A stretch of 64,000 bases of DNA, from the IMG/VR virus record IMGVR_UViG_3300015063_000004, positions 327 through 64,326 of that record. One strand, 5' to 3'. Below the pieces are notes generated by a model. That model saw only the letters and a program-made list of their open reading frames with translations, had not been told where the DNA came from and ran no database searches. Shown one piece after another: positions 63,631 through 64,000 of the stretch. Both the position numbers and the translations under genes were made by a program. Source of the DNA: a virus. The first letter of the stretch is position 1. The number at the start of each line of letters is the position of its first letter.

Positions 63631-64000
63631 TCCGACGCTCCCTGACGGATGTTGTCGCGGATCGCAATGGCCTCGTTCGTCCAGTCCAGCGCCAGCTTCG
63701 CCGCGATATGCGTTTCCGGCTTGTGGCCGGGGCGGATCATCGTGAACCAGTTCTCGCGAGGCGATGACGATGCGGCGTGGAACGTCACGCCGTTGATGAT
63801 GTCGGCGCCATTGTAGCCGTCCAGGCCGCGCGCCTTCGCCAGCGTGCCTGCGAGGCAGGCGCAATCTCCGCTGTAGGTCGAGCCGTCGATGCGGCCTTCC
63901 GTGATCGCCGCGCGCAATGCCTCTAATTCCTCGGGCATCCGCAAGATTTCCGCGATCATGTCCTGCTTGAAGTGGTCGAGGCTGGCTCCGTCGAGGCTGG
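63627..64000 (-). CDS. Pentapeptide-repeat protein, C-terminal part (truncated by the window edge)
   Basis: (A)SLDG-ASLD at 63975-64000, then GRIDGSTYSGDCACLAGT. Confidence 0.6.
   Translation of the reverse strand, partial: SLDGASLDHFKQDMIAEILRMPEELEALRAAITEGRIDGSTYSGDCACLAGTLAKARGLDGYNGADIINGVTFHAASSSPRENWFTMIRPGHKPETHIAAKLALDWTNEAIAIRDNIRQGASE

Overview
The window holds most of one high-GC tailed-phage genome. The virion module is podovirus-type: T7/BPP-1-like portal, scaffold, major capsid, tail tubular proteins A/B and ejection proteins, with a P22-type large terminase. The host is probably an alphaproteobacterium, inferred from a GcrA-like gene. No host genes, integrase or CI repressor are visible, and both ends fall inside leftward early genes, so the window may be a permuted near-complete genome. 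Layout: (1) divergent promoter, Cro-like HTH, VRR-NUC nuclease, SF2 helicase, amino-methyltransferase, GcrA-like gene (0.15-5.4 kb); (2) leftward operon with an atypical C5-methyltransferase (5.4-8.2 kb); (3) second divergent promoter, HTH, primase-helicase, iteron/palindrome origin candidate (8.2-11.6 kb); (4) packaging and head genes, interrupted by a structured-RNA candidate, a double glycosyltransferase and an antisense RHH-TylF-lipoprotein operon (11.9-26.3 kb); (5) tail, ejection, fibre and lysis genes (26.4-54 kb); (6) long leftward early operon with RecT-like, Gp157-like and Lar-like genes and a mosaic tandem duplication of chimeric paralogues (54-64 kb). The most notable items are the glycosyl/methyl-transfer module, the 17.1 kb multibranch element, the mosaic duplication, the duplicated control cassette with apparently leaderless genes, and an ART/metallopeptidase-bearing ejection protein. 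All family assignments come from recognising motifs by eye; no database searches were run.
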